This document shows, piece after piece, positions 31,332 to 41,542 of a DNA stretch of 64,000 nucleotides (its first letter is position 1; every line of letters begins with the position of its first letter). The stretch comes from Vicinamibacteria bacterium. Its GTDB lineage: Bacteria; Acidobacteriota; Vicinamibacteria; Marinacidobacterales; Marinacidobacteraceae. The position numbers and the translations under genes were made by a program. The stretch lies in contig CAXXLQ010000001.1 of assembly GCA_963668695.2 (NCBI GenBank), forward strand, positions 80,505 through 144,504. The letters run 5' to 3'. The notes beneath the pieces were generated by a model. The model searched no databases. It saw only the letters and a list, made by a program, of their open reading frames with translations, and had not been told where the DNA came from.

Positions 31332-32036
31332 TCAGGGCATGCGGCGAACCGCGTTCCGGAGAGCCGATTCGGGATCCAATCCATCCTGCCGGGCTCCCCG
31401 CGCGACCGCCAGCAGGAGGTCGCCGAGGGCCGTCTCGACTGCGTCTCGATCTTCGGCCCGCCGCGCGGCCTTCATCTTCGTGAGTGCGGCGAGAATGGCG
31501 TCCTGGTCCGGCCCGTCCCCCTGGCTGGAGGCCGCTGTGCGTTCGATGGCCTTCATAGCAAGCAACAGCGCCGGAAGACCCCGGGGCAGGGGACCTCGTT
31601 CCGCGGGGCGTCCGGACTTTTCGGAGGCCTTGATCGCTTCCCAGCTCGCGAGTGCTTCGTCCGCATTCGAGGCGCGCTCCTGCCCTCCGAAGACGTGGGG
31701 GTGGCGGCGGATCAACTTGCGCGTGATCCCGCGGGCCACCTCCGCCATGCCGAAACGGCCCTCCTCATGGGCGATCTGAGCCATGAAGACCACCTCGAGC
31801 AGCAGGTCACCACACTCCTCGAGGACGGCAGACGGATCCTCGCGGTCCACGGCGTCCACCAATTCGTGTGCTTCCTCAAGCACATAGCGGCGCAGGGATT
31901 GCCAGGTCTGCTCCCGGTCCCAGGGGCAGCCCTCCTGGGCCCGCAGCTTCGCCATCACTTCGATCAGGCCGGCAACCTCGGCGGCGCCGGCGGCTGCGGG
32001 TTCAGGGACTCGGGAGATGTCTCTTGGATTCTTCAT
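31332..32036 (-). CDS. mazG: Nucleoside triphosphate pyrophosphohydrolase MazG (second domain degenerate)
   Basis: GCPWDREQT, EEAHEL, EECGDLL, KLIRRHPHVF. Confidence 0.9.
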   Translation of the reverse strand: MKNPRDISRVPEPAAAGAAEVAGLIEVMAKLRAQEGCPWDREQTWQSLRRYVLEEAHELVDAVDREDPSAVLEECGDLLLEVVFMAQIAHEEGRFGMAEVARGITRKLIRRHPHVFGGQERASNADEALASWEAIKASEKSGRPAERGPLPRGLPALLLAMKAIERTAASSQGDGPDQDAILAALTKMKAARRAEDRDAVETALGDLLLAVARGARQDGLDPESALRNAVRRMP

Positions 32037-32039
32037 GAG

Positions 32040-32335
32040 GGGGCCCGAGTGTATTGCGAGCGAAGCGCAACGATGAGCCACGCGAAGCCGGGCGGTTCAG
32101 CCGGGATGCATCGCCGCTCGGGCTTCCGTAGCGGGGCGCGAGCACCGCGGAGACCCCGGAGCGGAAGGGACGGGTGGCGGGGCTACCCGACCCCCATCCC
32201 TTCTGGCTCGGGCTTCCGTAGCGGGGCGCGAGCACCGCGGAGACCCCGGAGCGAGAGGGATGGGGGACGGGGACACCCGGCCCCGATCCCTCTTGACTCG
32301 GGAATGCCGCCGGACTTTGTTCACCGGCTGTTCAC
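32040..32335. mobile_element. Modular repeat with two 90-bp units, upstream of mazG
   Basis: Reverse-complement counterpart of 9030-9510; ends ACTTTGTTCACCGGCTGTT. Confidence 0.7.
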
Positions 32336-32435
32336 CGCCAACTGCCGTTTCAAGACGGCAATCGGCTCGCAGACCGCGTGACGGGACTAGGATTCCCGTA
32401 GGCGAGCCGCTTTTTCACCGCGGCCCCGACACCGG

Positions 32436-32912
32436 ATGAGTGAAGAGGAGAGATCTCCGCGAATTGTTGTCAGGGACCGCCGTGCCTTTGCGCCCGACGG
32501 TTCCCGCCGCGCGGATGCGGATCCGCGGAACGAGACGCCTGCTTCCACCCCCTTGCTTGGGGCTCAACCGGGCGCCTCGACCGGGCCTCCCTCCGGGCCC
32601 GCCGGGTCGGCTGCGGACCCGGGTCCCGCACCCGAGGAAGACCCTCGGTTCAAACAACTCATATCCCTGCTCTTTTCCCAGGCCGCGGTGCTTCTGGAGG
32701 AGACTTCCGGGGCAGGCGGCAAGTCCGGATCGGCGACCGGCCCGCAGCAAGCCGAAGCGCTGCAGGGACTCCAGGCGGTGATCGGCCTGCTGGAGGTACT
32801 CGAAGAAAAAACCAGAGGTCGCCTCGCTCCCGGTGACGCCCGTCTGGTTTCTCAGGCCCTCTACCAGTTGCGGATCGCCTACATGGAACGCGCGAAGGCG
32901 CCCGGCGCATGA
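32436..32912 (+). CDS. DUF1844-like conserved protein
   Basis: IVVRDRRAF and IGLLEVLEEKTRGRL...LYQLRIAY pattern; coupled to ribF by an ATGA overlap. Confidence 0.7.
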   Translation: MSEEERSPRIVVRDRRAFAPDGSRRADADPRNETPASTPLLGAQPGASTGPPSGPAGSAADPGPAPEEDPRFKQLISLLFSQAAVLLEETSGAGGKSGSATGPQQAEALQGLQAVIGLLEVLEEKTRGRLAPGDARLVSQALYQLRIAYMERAKAPGA

Positions 32913-33910
32913 GAATCGAGCGGCTTCACGAACTGCCAACTGCGTCTCGTCACTCCAGTGAGGGCAGGGGCGGCGGTGCGGCGGGATCAGCGGTGGTTAC
33001 CGTTGGGAACTTTGACGGAGTCCACCGCGGTCACCAGGCGGGCCTTGACCTGGCCCGACAGGAAGCGCGGAGACACCGCGCCGAGTGCGTCGCGGTTACT
33101 TTCGATCCTCATCCTGCTCGCCTGCTGCGGCCAGACCGGGCGCCCAGAACAATCACCAGTCTTCCCCTGAAGGCCGAGCGGCTGGCCGCCGCCGGCGTCG
33201 AACGTCTGGTGGTGCTCGAGTTCGGCGAGGCGATGGCGCGGACGTCGCCCGCCGACTTCGTAAATCGACTTCTGATCGGCCGGCTCGGAGCCGCCGCCGT
33301 GGTCCAGGGGGCGAACTTCCGGTTCGGCCGCGGCCGGACCGGGAGTCTGGAGACGCTTCGTGACCTTGGTGAGCGCCACGGCTTCTCGGTGATCGAAGCG
33401 CCGTCGGTGACGTGGGAAAGGGAGATCGTTTCGTCGACCAGGATTCGTCGGGCGCTTACTGCCGGTGAGCTCGATTTGGCGACGAACCTCCTGGGTTGGT
33501 CGTATGAGATCGAGGGCTCGGTGGTTCCGGGACGGGGGCGGGGTCGCGGCCTCGGTTTCCCGACCGCGAACATTTCCGCCGACAGCGACGTGCTGCTGCC
33601 TCACGGGGTGTACGCCGCGGATGCCGTAACCGCTCCCGAGGGGCATCTCTTCCGGGCGGTGGTCCACTACGGCCCGCGGCCCACCTTCGACGATTCTCCT
33701 TCGCTGGAGGTGCACATGATGGGATTCTCCGGTGGGGTGTCCCGCCTCCGGGTGCGCTTCCTGTCCCATCTGCGAGAGGTCCGGGGTTTCGCCGGGCCGG
33801 AAGCCCTGCGGAGACAACTTGAACGCGATGTGGCGCGAGCTCGTGATCTGGTCGCGTTGCCTGCGCCCGAGGCGTTGCCTCGGGCTGCGGAGGCGGTACT
33901 TGCCGGGTAG
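32909..33910 (+). CDS. ribF: Riboflavin kinase / FAD synthetase
   Basis: GNFDGVHRGHQ, TFDPHP, FRFG, SSTRIR, GRGLGFPTAN. Confidence 0.95.
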   Translation: MRIERLHELPTASRHSSEGRGGGAAGSAVVTVGNFDGVHRGHQAGLDLARQEARRHRAECVAVTFDPHPARLLRPDRAPRTITSLPLKAERLAAAGVERLVVLEFGEAMARTSPADFVNRLLIGRLGAAAVVQGANFRFGRGRTGSLETLRDLGERHGFSVIEAPSVTWEREIVSSTRIRRALTAGELDLATNLLGWSYEIEGSVVPGRGRGRGLGFPTANISADSDVLLPHGVYAADAVTAPEGHLFRAVVHYGPRPTFDDSPSLEVHMMGFSGGVSRLRVRFLSHLREVRGFAGPEALRRQLERDVARARDLVALPAPEALPRAAEAVLAG

Positions 33911-33939
33911 ACGCGCCCCTGCGTCGGAGATGCTTTCCC

Positions 33940-34290
33940 ATGCCTGATCTGAAAGTCGCCACCCGCCGCGCCGCCGAGGCGGTCGTGGTGGAGCCGCGGG
34001 GCTTCATCAATGCGCACACCGTGGCCGAGTTCGAAAGGGTGCTGAACGCGCTCGTCGAGGCCGGGGACGTGCGGATCGTGATCAGTGGCGCCCATCTTTC
34101 TTATGTGGCCAGTGCCGGCTTCGGGGCGATCATGGGCCTCATCGAAGAAGCCCGGGCGGGTGGCGGAGACATCCGCGTGGCCGCGCTTACCGAGACCGTC
34201 GCCCATATTTTCCGGGTGCTGGGCTTCGACCGCCTGTGCCGTACCTTCGAGACCGAGGAGGAAGCGGTTCTCAGCTTTGGAGGCTACTGA
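33940..34290 (+). CDS. STAS-domain anti-sigma factor antagonist
   Basis: LSYVASAGFG (phosphorylatable Ser region) and IFRVLGFD. Confidence 0.85.
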   Translation: MPDLKVATRRAAEAVVVEPRGFINAHTVAEFERVLNALVEAGDVRIVISGAHLSYVASAGFGAIMGLIEEARAGGGDIRVAALTETVAHIFRVLGFDRLCRTFETEEEAVLSFGGY

Positions 34291-34765
34291 GCTGTCGAAC
34301 GGGGAAAGGGCGCCGCTCCAGATCGACGTTCCGGCAACCTGCGAGTGCCTGAGCCTGGTGCACGAGGCGACGCGGCGGATGGCGATTGCTGAAGGTTTCG
34401 ATCCGGCTGCCGCGGAGGAGATCGCGGTGGCGGTCGGAGAGGCGATGACCAACGTCGTCAAACATGCATACCGCGGCAAACCGGGTCATGCGATTCGGCT
34501 GCGCTTTCTGCCGAGGCCCGAGACGCTGCGGATCGAACTGGAACACCGCGGCGATGCGCCACGGCGCCTTCCGACCGGGGTGGATCTCGGACGGTTGGCG
34601 CGCGAGCGGCGCCGGGGCGGGTTGGGGGTTCATCTCATGCGTCGGCTCATGGACCGCGTGGTTCACGAACAGCTGGGAGCTGGTCTCGGATGCTGGGTGC
34701 TCGAACGCAATCGGCGCGATTCTGGTTGCGGTTCATCGGGTCCCACGTCCGGGCGGGAGTCCTGA
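34277..34765 (+). CDS. RsbW-like anti-sigma factor / Ser kinase
   Basis: AVGEAMTNVVKHAY and RGGLGVHLMRRLMD. Start uncertain. Confidence 0.85.
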   Translation: MEATELSNGERAPLQIDVPATCECLSLVHEATRRMAIAEGFDPAAAEEIAVAVGEAMTNVVKHAYRGKPGHAIRLRFLPRPETLRIELEHRGDAPRRLPTGVDLGRLARERRRGGLGVHLMRRLMDRVVHEQLGAGLGCWVLERNRRDSGCGSSGPTSGRES

Positions 34766-34858
34766 TCCGGTGAAGACGGGCCCAGACTGCCGCTCCCGCT
34801 GGTCCGTATCGGCGCGATCTCCTCTACCGCACGGGACGACGCTGCGGGCGTGCCCCTT

Positions 34859-36673
34859 ATGACCACGCGTACCGCTCGCAGGATCGAACCGGACCGGCCT
34901 TCGTCCTCCGGGGCGCGATACCAGCGGTTGTTCGCGCAGCATCTCGGGGAGATGAACCCCGCGGTGGAACGCCGGGTGTCGGAACTGCTGGCCCTCACCG
35001 ACTTCACGGCGGCGGCCTTCGAGCGGTTGAACGCAGCTGAGGTGGCGTCTCTCATTGTGCTGGTGGCGCTCGGCGAGACCGGAGCCCGCTGGGCAGGCAT
35101 GCTGTTGCCCGATGAGGCAGGACAGTTGTGTCCGGCAGGCCGCCGGGGTGCCGGAACCCCTGGCTGGGAAGATCTGAGACTGGAAGTGCCCGACCGCCTC
35201 CCGGAATCCCTCGTACTTCGGGCCGGCGGCGAGCATGCGGAAGAGGAACCTGCCGCTGCTCCTTTTCGCCAGCTGATGCGCGACGCGGGGGCGTCATCCG
35301 CGACGCTTCTTCAGACCCGGGACGGCCTCCGCGGAGTACTTCTGCTGGGCGCGCCCCATCCCGAGTTGGCGGGGTCGCAGAGCGATTTCCTCGAGGTGTT
35401 TGCGGCTTCCGCGGCGGCCGCGCTTGAAAAATGCCGCCGGGACGAGGAACTGCGGGTGGCGAACCGCCGACTCTCGCTTCATGTCTACCAGCTTCGTTCG
35501 CTGATGGACCTGACTGCCGGGCTGCATCGGGCTCGTGATGAGGCGGCGGTTTGGGATCTGCTGCTCCACGGTGCGATGGGTCATGTGTTGGCCAGCCGGG
35601 CGGCCGTAGTGGTCGGCGGGAGGGTTGCCGCTGCCAAGGGGCCGAGACGTCCCGACGAGGACGGGGCTCCGCTCGTGCGCGCCGCCGAGATCCTGGCCGG
35701 CGAGCACAAGATTCGTCCGACCGCTGATATTTCCCACTGGAGCACGTCCTGCGAATTGGCGAGACTGGAGATCGGCTGGATTGTGCCGTTCAGCTCCGGA
35801 GCGGTGCAGGGGACATTGTTCCTGGGCGCGGCCGGGTTCGGTCGGGAACTCTCGTCGGCGGACCGGGCCTTCCTGACGTCTCTCGCCGGACAGGCGTCAG
35901 CCGCGGTCGAAAGCCTGCGCCTCACCCGCGCCTCCATTCAGAAAGAGAAGGAACTCGAGGTGGCGCGCCAGATTCAGACCCGCTTTCTGCCAGCGGAGGC
36001 TCCGGAATATCCCGGGTGGGATCTGTGGGGGATCAACATTCCCTGTCTTGCCGTCGGGGGTGACTACTACGATTACCTCACCCTGGATGGAGCCATATTC
36101 GTCACGATCGCTGACGTGTCGGGGAAGGGAGCCGGGCCGGCTCTCATCATGGCTTCGGTTCAGGCGTCGCTGCGCGCTTTCTTCCGGCACGGTCGGTCCG
36201 GAATCGCCAGCGCCGCGGAAGAACTGAATCACCATCTGCACCGGAACACGGAAGACAACCGCTACATGACCGCCATCCTGGCCCGGCTCGAACCCTCGAC
36301 CGGCCGGCTCGACTACCTGAACGCCGGGCATGTCCATCCGGTGTTGGTCCGGGCCGACGGTTCGGTCGAGCGTCTTGATCGGGGTTCGACGGTGCTCGGC
36401 CTGTTTCCCGACATCGACACCGAAGTCGGCACCTGCGAACTTGCTCCCGGGGATCTGGTCGCCATGTTCACCGACGGACTCAGCGAGGCTGAGGATCCGG
36501 CGGGCGGCCTCTTCGATGACGCCCGCATCGTGGACGCGTTGATCGCCGCTCGCTCGCTGAGTGCGCGCGACATTTGCGGGGACCTGCTTTCGCGGGCTCG
36601 GGCCTTCTCCGGACCAAACCCGCTCCGCGATGACCTCACCCTGGTCGTCCTGAAGCGTGGTCCACGCGAGTAG
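34859..36673 (+). CDS. SpoIIE/RsbU-type PP2C phosphatase with GAF-like domains
   Basis: ELEVARQIQ, VGGDYYD, ADVSGKG, NAGH, FTDGLSE, DDLT. Confidence 0.9.
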   Translation: MTTRTARRIEPDRPSSSGARYQRLFAQHLGEMNPAVERRVSELLALTDFTAAAFERLNAAEVASLIVLVALGETGARWAGMLLPDEAGQLCPAGRRGAGTPGWEDLRLEVPDRLPESLVLRAGGEHAEEEPAAAPFRQLMRDAGASSATLLQTRDGLRGVLLLGAPHPELAGSQSDFLEVFAASAAAALEKCRRDEELRVANRRLSLHVYQLRSLMDLTAGLHRARDEAAVWDLLLHGAMGHVLASRAAVVVGGRVAAAKGPRRPDEDGAPLVRAAEILAGEHKIRPTADISHWSTSCELARLEIGWIVPFSSGAVQGTLFLGAAGFGRELSSADRAFLTSLAGQASAAVESLRLTRASIQKEKELEVARQIQTRFLPAEAPEYPGWDLWGINIPCLAVGGDYYDYLTLDGAIFVTIADVSGKGAGPALIMASVQASLRAFFRHGRSGIASAAEELNHHLHRNTEDNRYMTAILARLEPSTGRLDYLNAGHVHPVLVRADGSVERLDRGSTVLGLFPDIDTEVGTCELAPGDLVAMFTDGLSEAEDPAGGLFDDARIVDALIAARSLSARDICGDLLSRARAFSGPNPLRDDLTLVVLKRGPRE

Positions 36674-36686
36674 TCACGAGTAGTCG

Positions 36687-38144
36687 ATGTCCGGGAAAAG
36701 CACCTTCCGGCTCCGCAACACCCTCGGCGGCCGCATTCAGCCCTTCCAGCCGAAACGTACGGACGAGGTCCGGATGTACACGTGCGGACTCACGGTGTAC
36801 GCCCGGGGACATATCGGGAACTTCCGTACCTTTGTGGCCCAGGACGTCCTTCGCCGCTTCCTTCGTTTCAAGGGCTACCGGGTCCTTCAGGCGATGAACT
36901 TCACGGACGTCGATGACAAGACCATCCGGGGTGCGGGGGAGGCGGGCGAGCCGCTGCGCGATTACACGACCCGCTACATCGAAGAGTTCTTCGACGATGC
37001 CGACGCTCTGGGCATCGAGCGCGCCGAGCACTATCCGCGAGCCACCGACCCCGAGTACATCAAGGCGATGATTCGGCTGGTGACGCAACTACTGGAGGGC
37101 GGGGTCGCCTACGAGTCCGACGGCTCCATCTATTTCCGGGTTGCGAGCTTCCCCCGCTACGGGCAGCTCTCCGGCGCGGCGGCCTCCGACCGCCTCGCCG
37201 GCGCCCGCGTGGACTCCGACGAGTACGACAAGGAAGACGCGCAGGACTTCGTCCTCTGGAAGGTGGCGAAACCGGGTGACCCGGTCTGGGATGCGCCTTT
37301 CGGCGCCGGCCGTCCGGGTTGGCATCTGGAATGTTCAGCAATGGGATTGGAACTTCTCGGCTCGGGTTTCGACCTGCACTGCGGCGGCGTGGATCTCGTG
37401 TTCCCGCACCACGAGAACGAGATCGCCCAGAGCGAGGCCGCGACCGGGAGCCCCTTCGTTCGTCACTGGTTCCACTGCGAACACCTGCTGGTGGACGGCC
37501 GGAAAATGTCCAAATCGCTCGGCAATCAATTCACCGTGCGCGAGTTGATCGACGAGGGTTTTGCGCCAGCCACGATCCGTCACCTGCTGGCCGGGGTGCA
37601 CTACCGCCAGCAACTGAACTTCACGAAGGGCGGCCTCCGGCAGGCGGAAGTCGCTATCGGCCGGGTCAACGAGTTCCTGCGCCGTTCGGACGAGGCGGCC
37701 CGCCGCGAGGGAGACCCCGCGAATGAGGGCACGGCGTCTCCCGGCGGCGCCGCGACCAGGGTTGCCGAAGCCCTTGTTCGTTTCGAGGCAGCTCTGGATG
37801 ACGATCTGAACACGTCGAAGGCGCTCAGCGAGGTGTTCACCGCTCTGAGGGAAGGGAACCGGGCGCTCCATGCACCCGGAGGAGCCTCCGAGGCGGGAGT
37901 CTGGGCAGCGGCGATCCGCAGGATGAACACGGTCTTCGGCAGCTTCGAGATGGCCCCCGACTCGGAGACCGGCGAGCGCGTCGACGAGCCAGCCGACCTG
38001 GTCGAGTTGATCCGTGAGCGACGGGAGGCGCGCCAACGAAGGGACTTCGCTCGCGCCGATGAGATCCGGGACGATTTGGCCGCTCGCGGGATCCTTCTCG
38101 AGGATTCTTCGTCGGGCACCATTTGGCGGCGGCGCGAGGACTGA
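36687..38144 (+). CDS. cysS: Cysteine--tRNA ligase
   Basis: YTCGLTVY, HIGN, TDVDDK, GRPGWHLECS, FPHHENE, KMSKS. Confidence 0.97.
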   Translation: MSGKSTFRLRNTLGGRIQPFQPKRTDEVRMYTCGLTVYARGHIGNFRTFVAQDVLRRFLRFKGYRVLQAMNFTDVDDKTIRGAGEAGEPLRDYTTRYIEEFFDDADALGIERAEHYPRATDPEYIKAMIRLVTQLLEGGVAYESDGSIYFRVASFPRYGQLSGAAASDRLAGARVDSDEYDKEDAQDFVLWKVAKPGDPVWDAPFGAGRPGWHLECSAMGLELLGSGFDLHCGGVDLVFPHHENEIAQSEAATGSPFVRHWFHCEHLLVDGRKMSKSLGNQFTVRELIDEGFAPATIRHLLAGVHYRQQLNFTKGGLRQAEVAIGRVNEFLRRSDEAARREGDPANEGTASPGGAATRVAEALVRFEAALDDDLNTSKALSEVFTALREGNRALHAPGGASEAGVWAAAIRRMNTVFGSFEMAPDSETGERVDEPADLVELIRERREARQRRDFARADEIRDDLAARGILLEDSSSGTIWRRRED

Positions 38145-38158
38145 GCGCCCGAGCGGCC

Positions 38159-38617
38159 ATGGTCCGGCGGTGCGTTGCTTGCTGGCCATTCCGGCGACGA
38201 GCGCCACATTTGAGGCTCGGAGCCCGTGGCGAGCGGATCGCCGCCCGGGTTCTTCGCCGGTCCGGGTACCGGGTAGTGGCGAGGAACTATCGTCCCGGCC
38301 GCCGGCGAAGCGATGCGGAACTGGACATCGTGGCATGGGAGGGAGACACCCTCGCCGTCGTCGAGGTCAAGACCCGTCGGGGCGGCTTCGGAGATCCGGC
38401 GGAGCGCGTCGACCGCGAAAAGCGCCGCCGGATCCGGCGCTCTGCAGCGCGGATGTGGCGGCGGGAAACGTCCCGAAAAAGGATCCCCCCGGGATCGCAC
38501 CTCCGCATGGATGTGGTGGAAGTCTGGTTTCCTGCTACGCGGCCCCGGCGCCTCCTGGCTCGCCTCCGGGAGGTGTTTCGCCGCCCCACCGTACGGATCC
38601 GGCGCGGCGCGTTCTGA
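38159..38617 (+). CDS. yraN: YraN family (UPF0102) putative endonuclease
   Basis: LGARGERIAA, RNY, ELDIVA, VEVKTR. Confidence 0.85.
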   Translation: MVRRCVACWPFRRRAPHLRLGARGERIAARVLRRSGYRVVARNYRPGRRRSDAELDIVAWEGDTLAVVEVKTRRGGFGDPAERVDREKRRRIRRSAARMWRRETSRKRIPPGSHLRMDVVEVWFPATRPRRLLARLREVFRRPTVRIRRGAF

Positions 38618-38671
38618 GCCGGGTCGGGCTCGGACGGGGCGGTATACTCGCTCGCCTTTCTCCAAGGCCGG

Positions 38672-38746
<75 letters not shown>

Positions 38747-38762
38747 GTTATGGGTAGGTCAG

Positions 38763-38835
38763 GGCGGCGTAGCCAAGTGGCCAAGGCGGAGGTCTGCAAA
38801 ACCTCTATTCGGCGGTTCGAATCCGCCCGCCGCCT
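38763..38835 (+). tRNA. tRNA-Cys(GCA)
   Basis: GGCGGCG/CGCCGCC acceptor stem, anticodon loop CTGCAAA, GGTTCGAATCC. Confidence 0.95.
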
Positions 38836-38927
38836 CCGCCACTTATCCTGACCGGATGCGCCGCTGACGGCGTGTCCGGTGCGTGTATCCGTCTTTGCGG
38901 CGATGGGAATCGCCGCCAGACAGGCCG

Positions 38928-39013
38928 GCCGGGATGGCGAAATCGGCAGACGCGGGAGACTTAAAATCTCTTGTCCCCAACGGGACGTGCGGGTTCGAGC
39001 CCCGCTCCCGGCA
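38928..39013 (+). tRNA. tRNA-Leu(TAA)
   Basis: GCCGGGA/TCCCGGC acceptor stem, anticodon loop CTTAAAA, long variable arm, GGTTCGAGCCC. Confidence 0.95.
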
Positions 39014-39479
39014 GGCCGAAGCGGACGGGGCGGGGGGCGCACTTGATCGGGGTGGTAGCGAGCGGTGAAGTTGTTGGGAATCGCGCCCCCCGTCCCGTCC
39101 GCCCCGGCGCTTCGCGCCGGCAATCGAAACTTCCTTGCTCGCCTCCGGCGGGCTGCGGCAAGTTCCGATTGGTCGTTACTGATTGTGAAAGGGGGGGGTG
39201 CCCCCCTTTCACACTTTCCCCCCGGAGCCGCGTTCGGCTGCGCCGTGCGGATCCCCCATCCCATCCTGTTCTTGCCGCTCGGGATCCGCCTAGAGCGCCG
39301 CGGCGACGCGCCCCGGTTCCGCATCGCCATGATCGAGTCAGTGGTGCGATCCGTGTCCTGCTAGGTCGTCCACGCGTCCTTGCCGTTTTCTGTTCGCCGC
39401 GAGCTCATGCCATCGCGGACTGGGTAACGAAACACGACCGTGCGGCATTACCCAGCGAGTTCCGATCCCCGACCTTCGG

Positions 39480-39605
39480 TCCGGCCAAGAACGCGGCCCA
39501 CTGCTCCATGAGCGCCCGCCGCCGACAACCAGGTCGGTGCGCCGGGAGGGCACCTCGATTCTGTGTGTTCGCATGGGCCAGCGCCAGCTCCCAGACCGCC
39601 CTGAG
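39480..39605 (-). pseudogene. Tyrosine integrase C-terminal remnant (P4/IntA-like), copy 1
   Basis: ELALAHAN...RRRALMEQWAAFL. Confidence 0.65.
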
Positions 39606-39650
39606 AGTGACCACCAAACCTCCCGGCATCGCTTTCAACGGGGAGTTGAG

Positions 39651-39944
39651 TCATCTGCCCGGCGAATCGCACCCAATTGATCTCGTGGGCTCGTAGCGAC
39701 CTCGCCCCGTTCTGGAAACGCGCCCCGCCCTAACGAGTCTCGCCAAGATTCCGGTAGTAATGCTGTCGTAGATCGCTTTGTCCTTGCCGAATCCAACGTC
39801 CCGATCGATTCCAGCGCGTCTGCTGATTTCGGCGGGGCCGAGAACTTCCCCTACCTGATGAGCGTTGACGATTACCGCCATCACGGCCTCGTCCAAACAG
39901 TGCATTCCAATGCGAGCGAGTACGGCTGCTAGTTGGTGGGCCAT
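39651..39944 (-). CDS. Small hypothetical protein, possibly winged-helix
   Basis: 97-aa ORF with lower GC than its neighbours; LGPAEISRRAGI...ILARLVRAGRVSRTGRGRY. Confidence 0.5.
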   Translation of the reverse strand: MAHQLAAVLARIGMHCLDEAVMAVIVNAHQVGEVLGPAEISRRAGIDRDVGFGKDKAIYDSITTGILARLVRAGRVSRTGRGRYEPTRSIGCDSPGR

Positions 39945-40064
39945 GAGCGCTGCTTTCCTGTGGGTTGATTTGAGACTGATGGGGCCAGCTTCGGGCGGAC
40001 ATTGTCCATCACCCTCCCCGCCGCGACCGACCGGCGGGCGAACCCGGATCCCGCGCTCCCTGTC

Positions 40065-40185
40065 CTGATCAGGAACGCGGCCCACTGCTCCATGAGCGCC
40101 CGGCCGCCGCTCGAACAGGTCTTTCTGTCGGTACGCGGCCTCGATACGGTTCGTGTTCACGTGCGCCGGGGCCAGCTCTCGGTCG
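40065..40185 (-). pseudogene. Tyrosine integrase C-terminal remnant (P4/IntA-like), copy 2
   Basis: ELAPAHVNTNRIEAAYRQKDLFERR, then a frameshift to ALMEQWAAFL; includes the catalytic His and Tyr region. Confidence 0.72.
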
Positions 40186-41542
40186 CGCACGCTGGGCGCG
40201 GTTGCAGAAAGCTCGGCCCGGCCCGCTACTCGTTTAGTGCGTCAATGTTCCCGCGCAGGCTGAAAACTGCCTGCAAGACGCCATCCGCGCGGGGGGCCGC
40301 GCCGGGGGCCAGCGCAGCGGATCGATTCCCGGAAACGCAAGGGAGTCAACGGGTTTCGGGTGCGACGGTGGCGGACCTCCTTTCACACTTTCCCCCCGGA
40401 CACGCTGGCGTCAAACCCTGCGGGTTCGCCGCCGTGAGTTTTTCCTCGTTTGGCGCACCGCAGTCTCACGCCGCCATCCATCCGGCAGGTCGAACGAACC
40501 CCGGAGGGGGTCGTCCGGCGCTTCGCGCCGGGCTTCCGAAGTGCGGCGAGATCCGCGCGGAGACCCCGGAGCAGGAGGGATTGGGGTCGGGGGCGCGACG
40601 CGCAGCGAGATCGCGCATCGCCGACCGCGAAGAAGCGCGGGGACGGCTTGGAACGCCGGTTTCCGACCGGCATCGCGCGGGAGCGCGAAACCAGCGCCGA
40701 TGACGCTGCGCTGTGCCAACGTGAGGGCCGCACCACCTTTGAGTCCCGGAGGGCGCGACCGATCGCTGCTCCCGCTACCCGGGACGCGCCGTTTTCATGA
40801 CGCGCGAGGGTGTGGAGGAGGACCCGATCGTGAGGGTTTCTCCCGGTGGGGGCCGGCACCGCCAGCCGGAGGCTGGTGAAGGTTGTGCTACCGAACGCCG
40901 GGGGGTTTACAATCCGAAATGAACCCGAGTGGTCCACTGCGCTCCGGCTTATGGAACCGAACGGGAGTCACCACTGCCGGGTGGGACGCGCCTCCCGCGA
41001 GCGGCGCCAATCGGCGCCGGGCGGGAAGCCCGAGCCTGGCACGCGACGCCCACCTACGACATCGTAGGACGGAACCAGAGGACCGCCGGGTTCACCTTCG
41101 GGTCGAGCGGTCCGGAAGGGGGGCTGCCCAGTTCGGATAGTGATGCGTAGTCGGTTTGCTACCGGTTGCGCCCCCCTTCCGAACCGCCCGGCGCTTCGCG
41201 CCGGCCTTCCGAAGTGCGGCGGGAGCCGCACGGAGACCCCGGAGCAGGAGGGGCTGGGGTCGGGAGACCCGACTCCCAGCCGCTCCTGGCTCGGGAATCG
41301 AAACTTCCTTGCCCGCTTCGGGCGGGCTACGGCAAGTTCCGATTGGTCGTAGTCAATTTGTGAAAGGGGGAGGTGCCCCCCTTTCACACTTTCCCCCCTC
41401 GGGTCGAGCGGTCAGGGAGGGGGGGTGTCAGGCGCCAGAAAAGAGGGGAGCCCTCCGCGTTTCGTCGCGCTCGCGCGCGACGAGGCCGGTCGGAGGCCGG
41501 AGGCCCCTATAGGGCGCTATCCGGCGGGTGAGCGGAGAGTCG

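Noticed and set aside
39014-41540. attR duplication of the tRNA-Leu 3' end
   Set aside because: No convincing copy of GGTTCGAGCCCCGCTCCCGGCA was found by eye.
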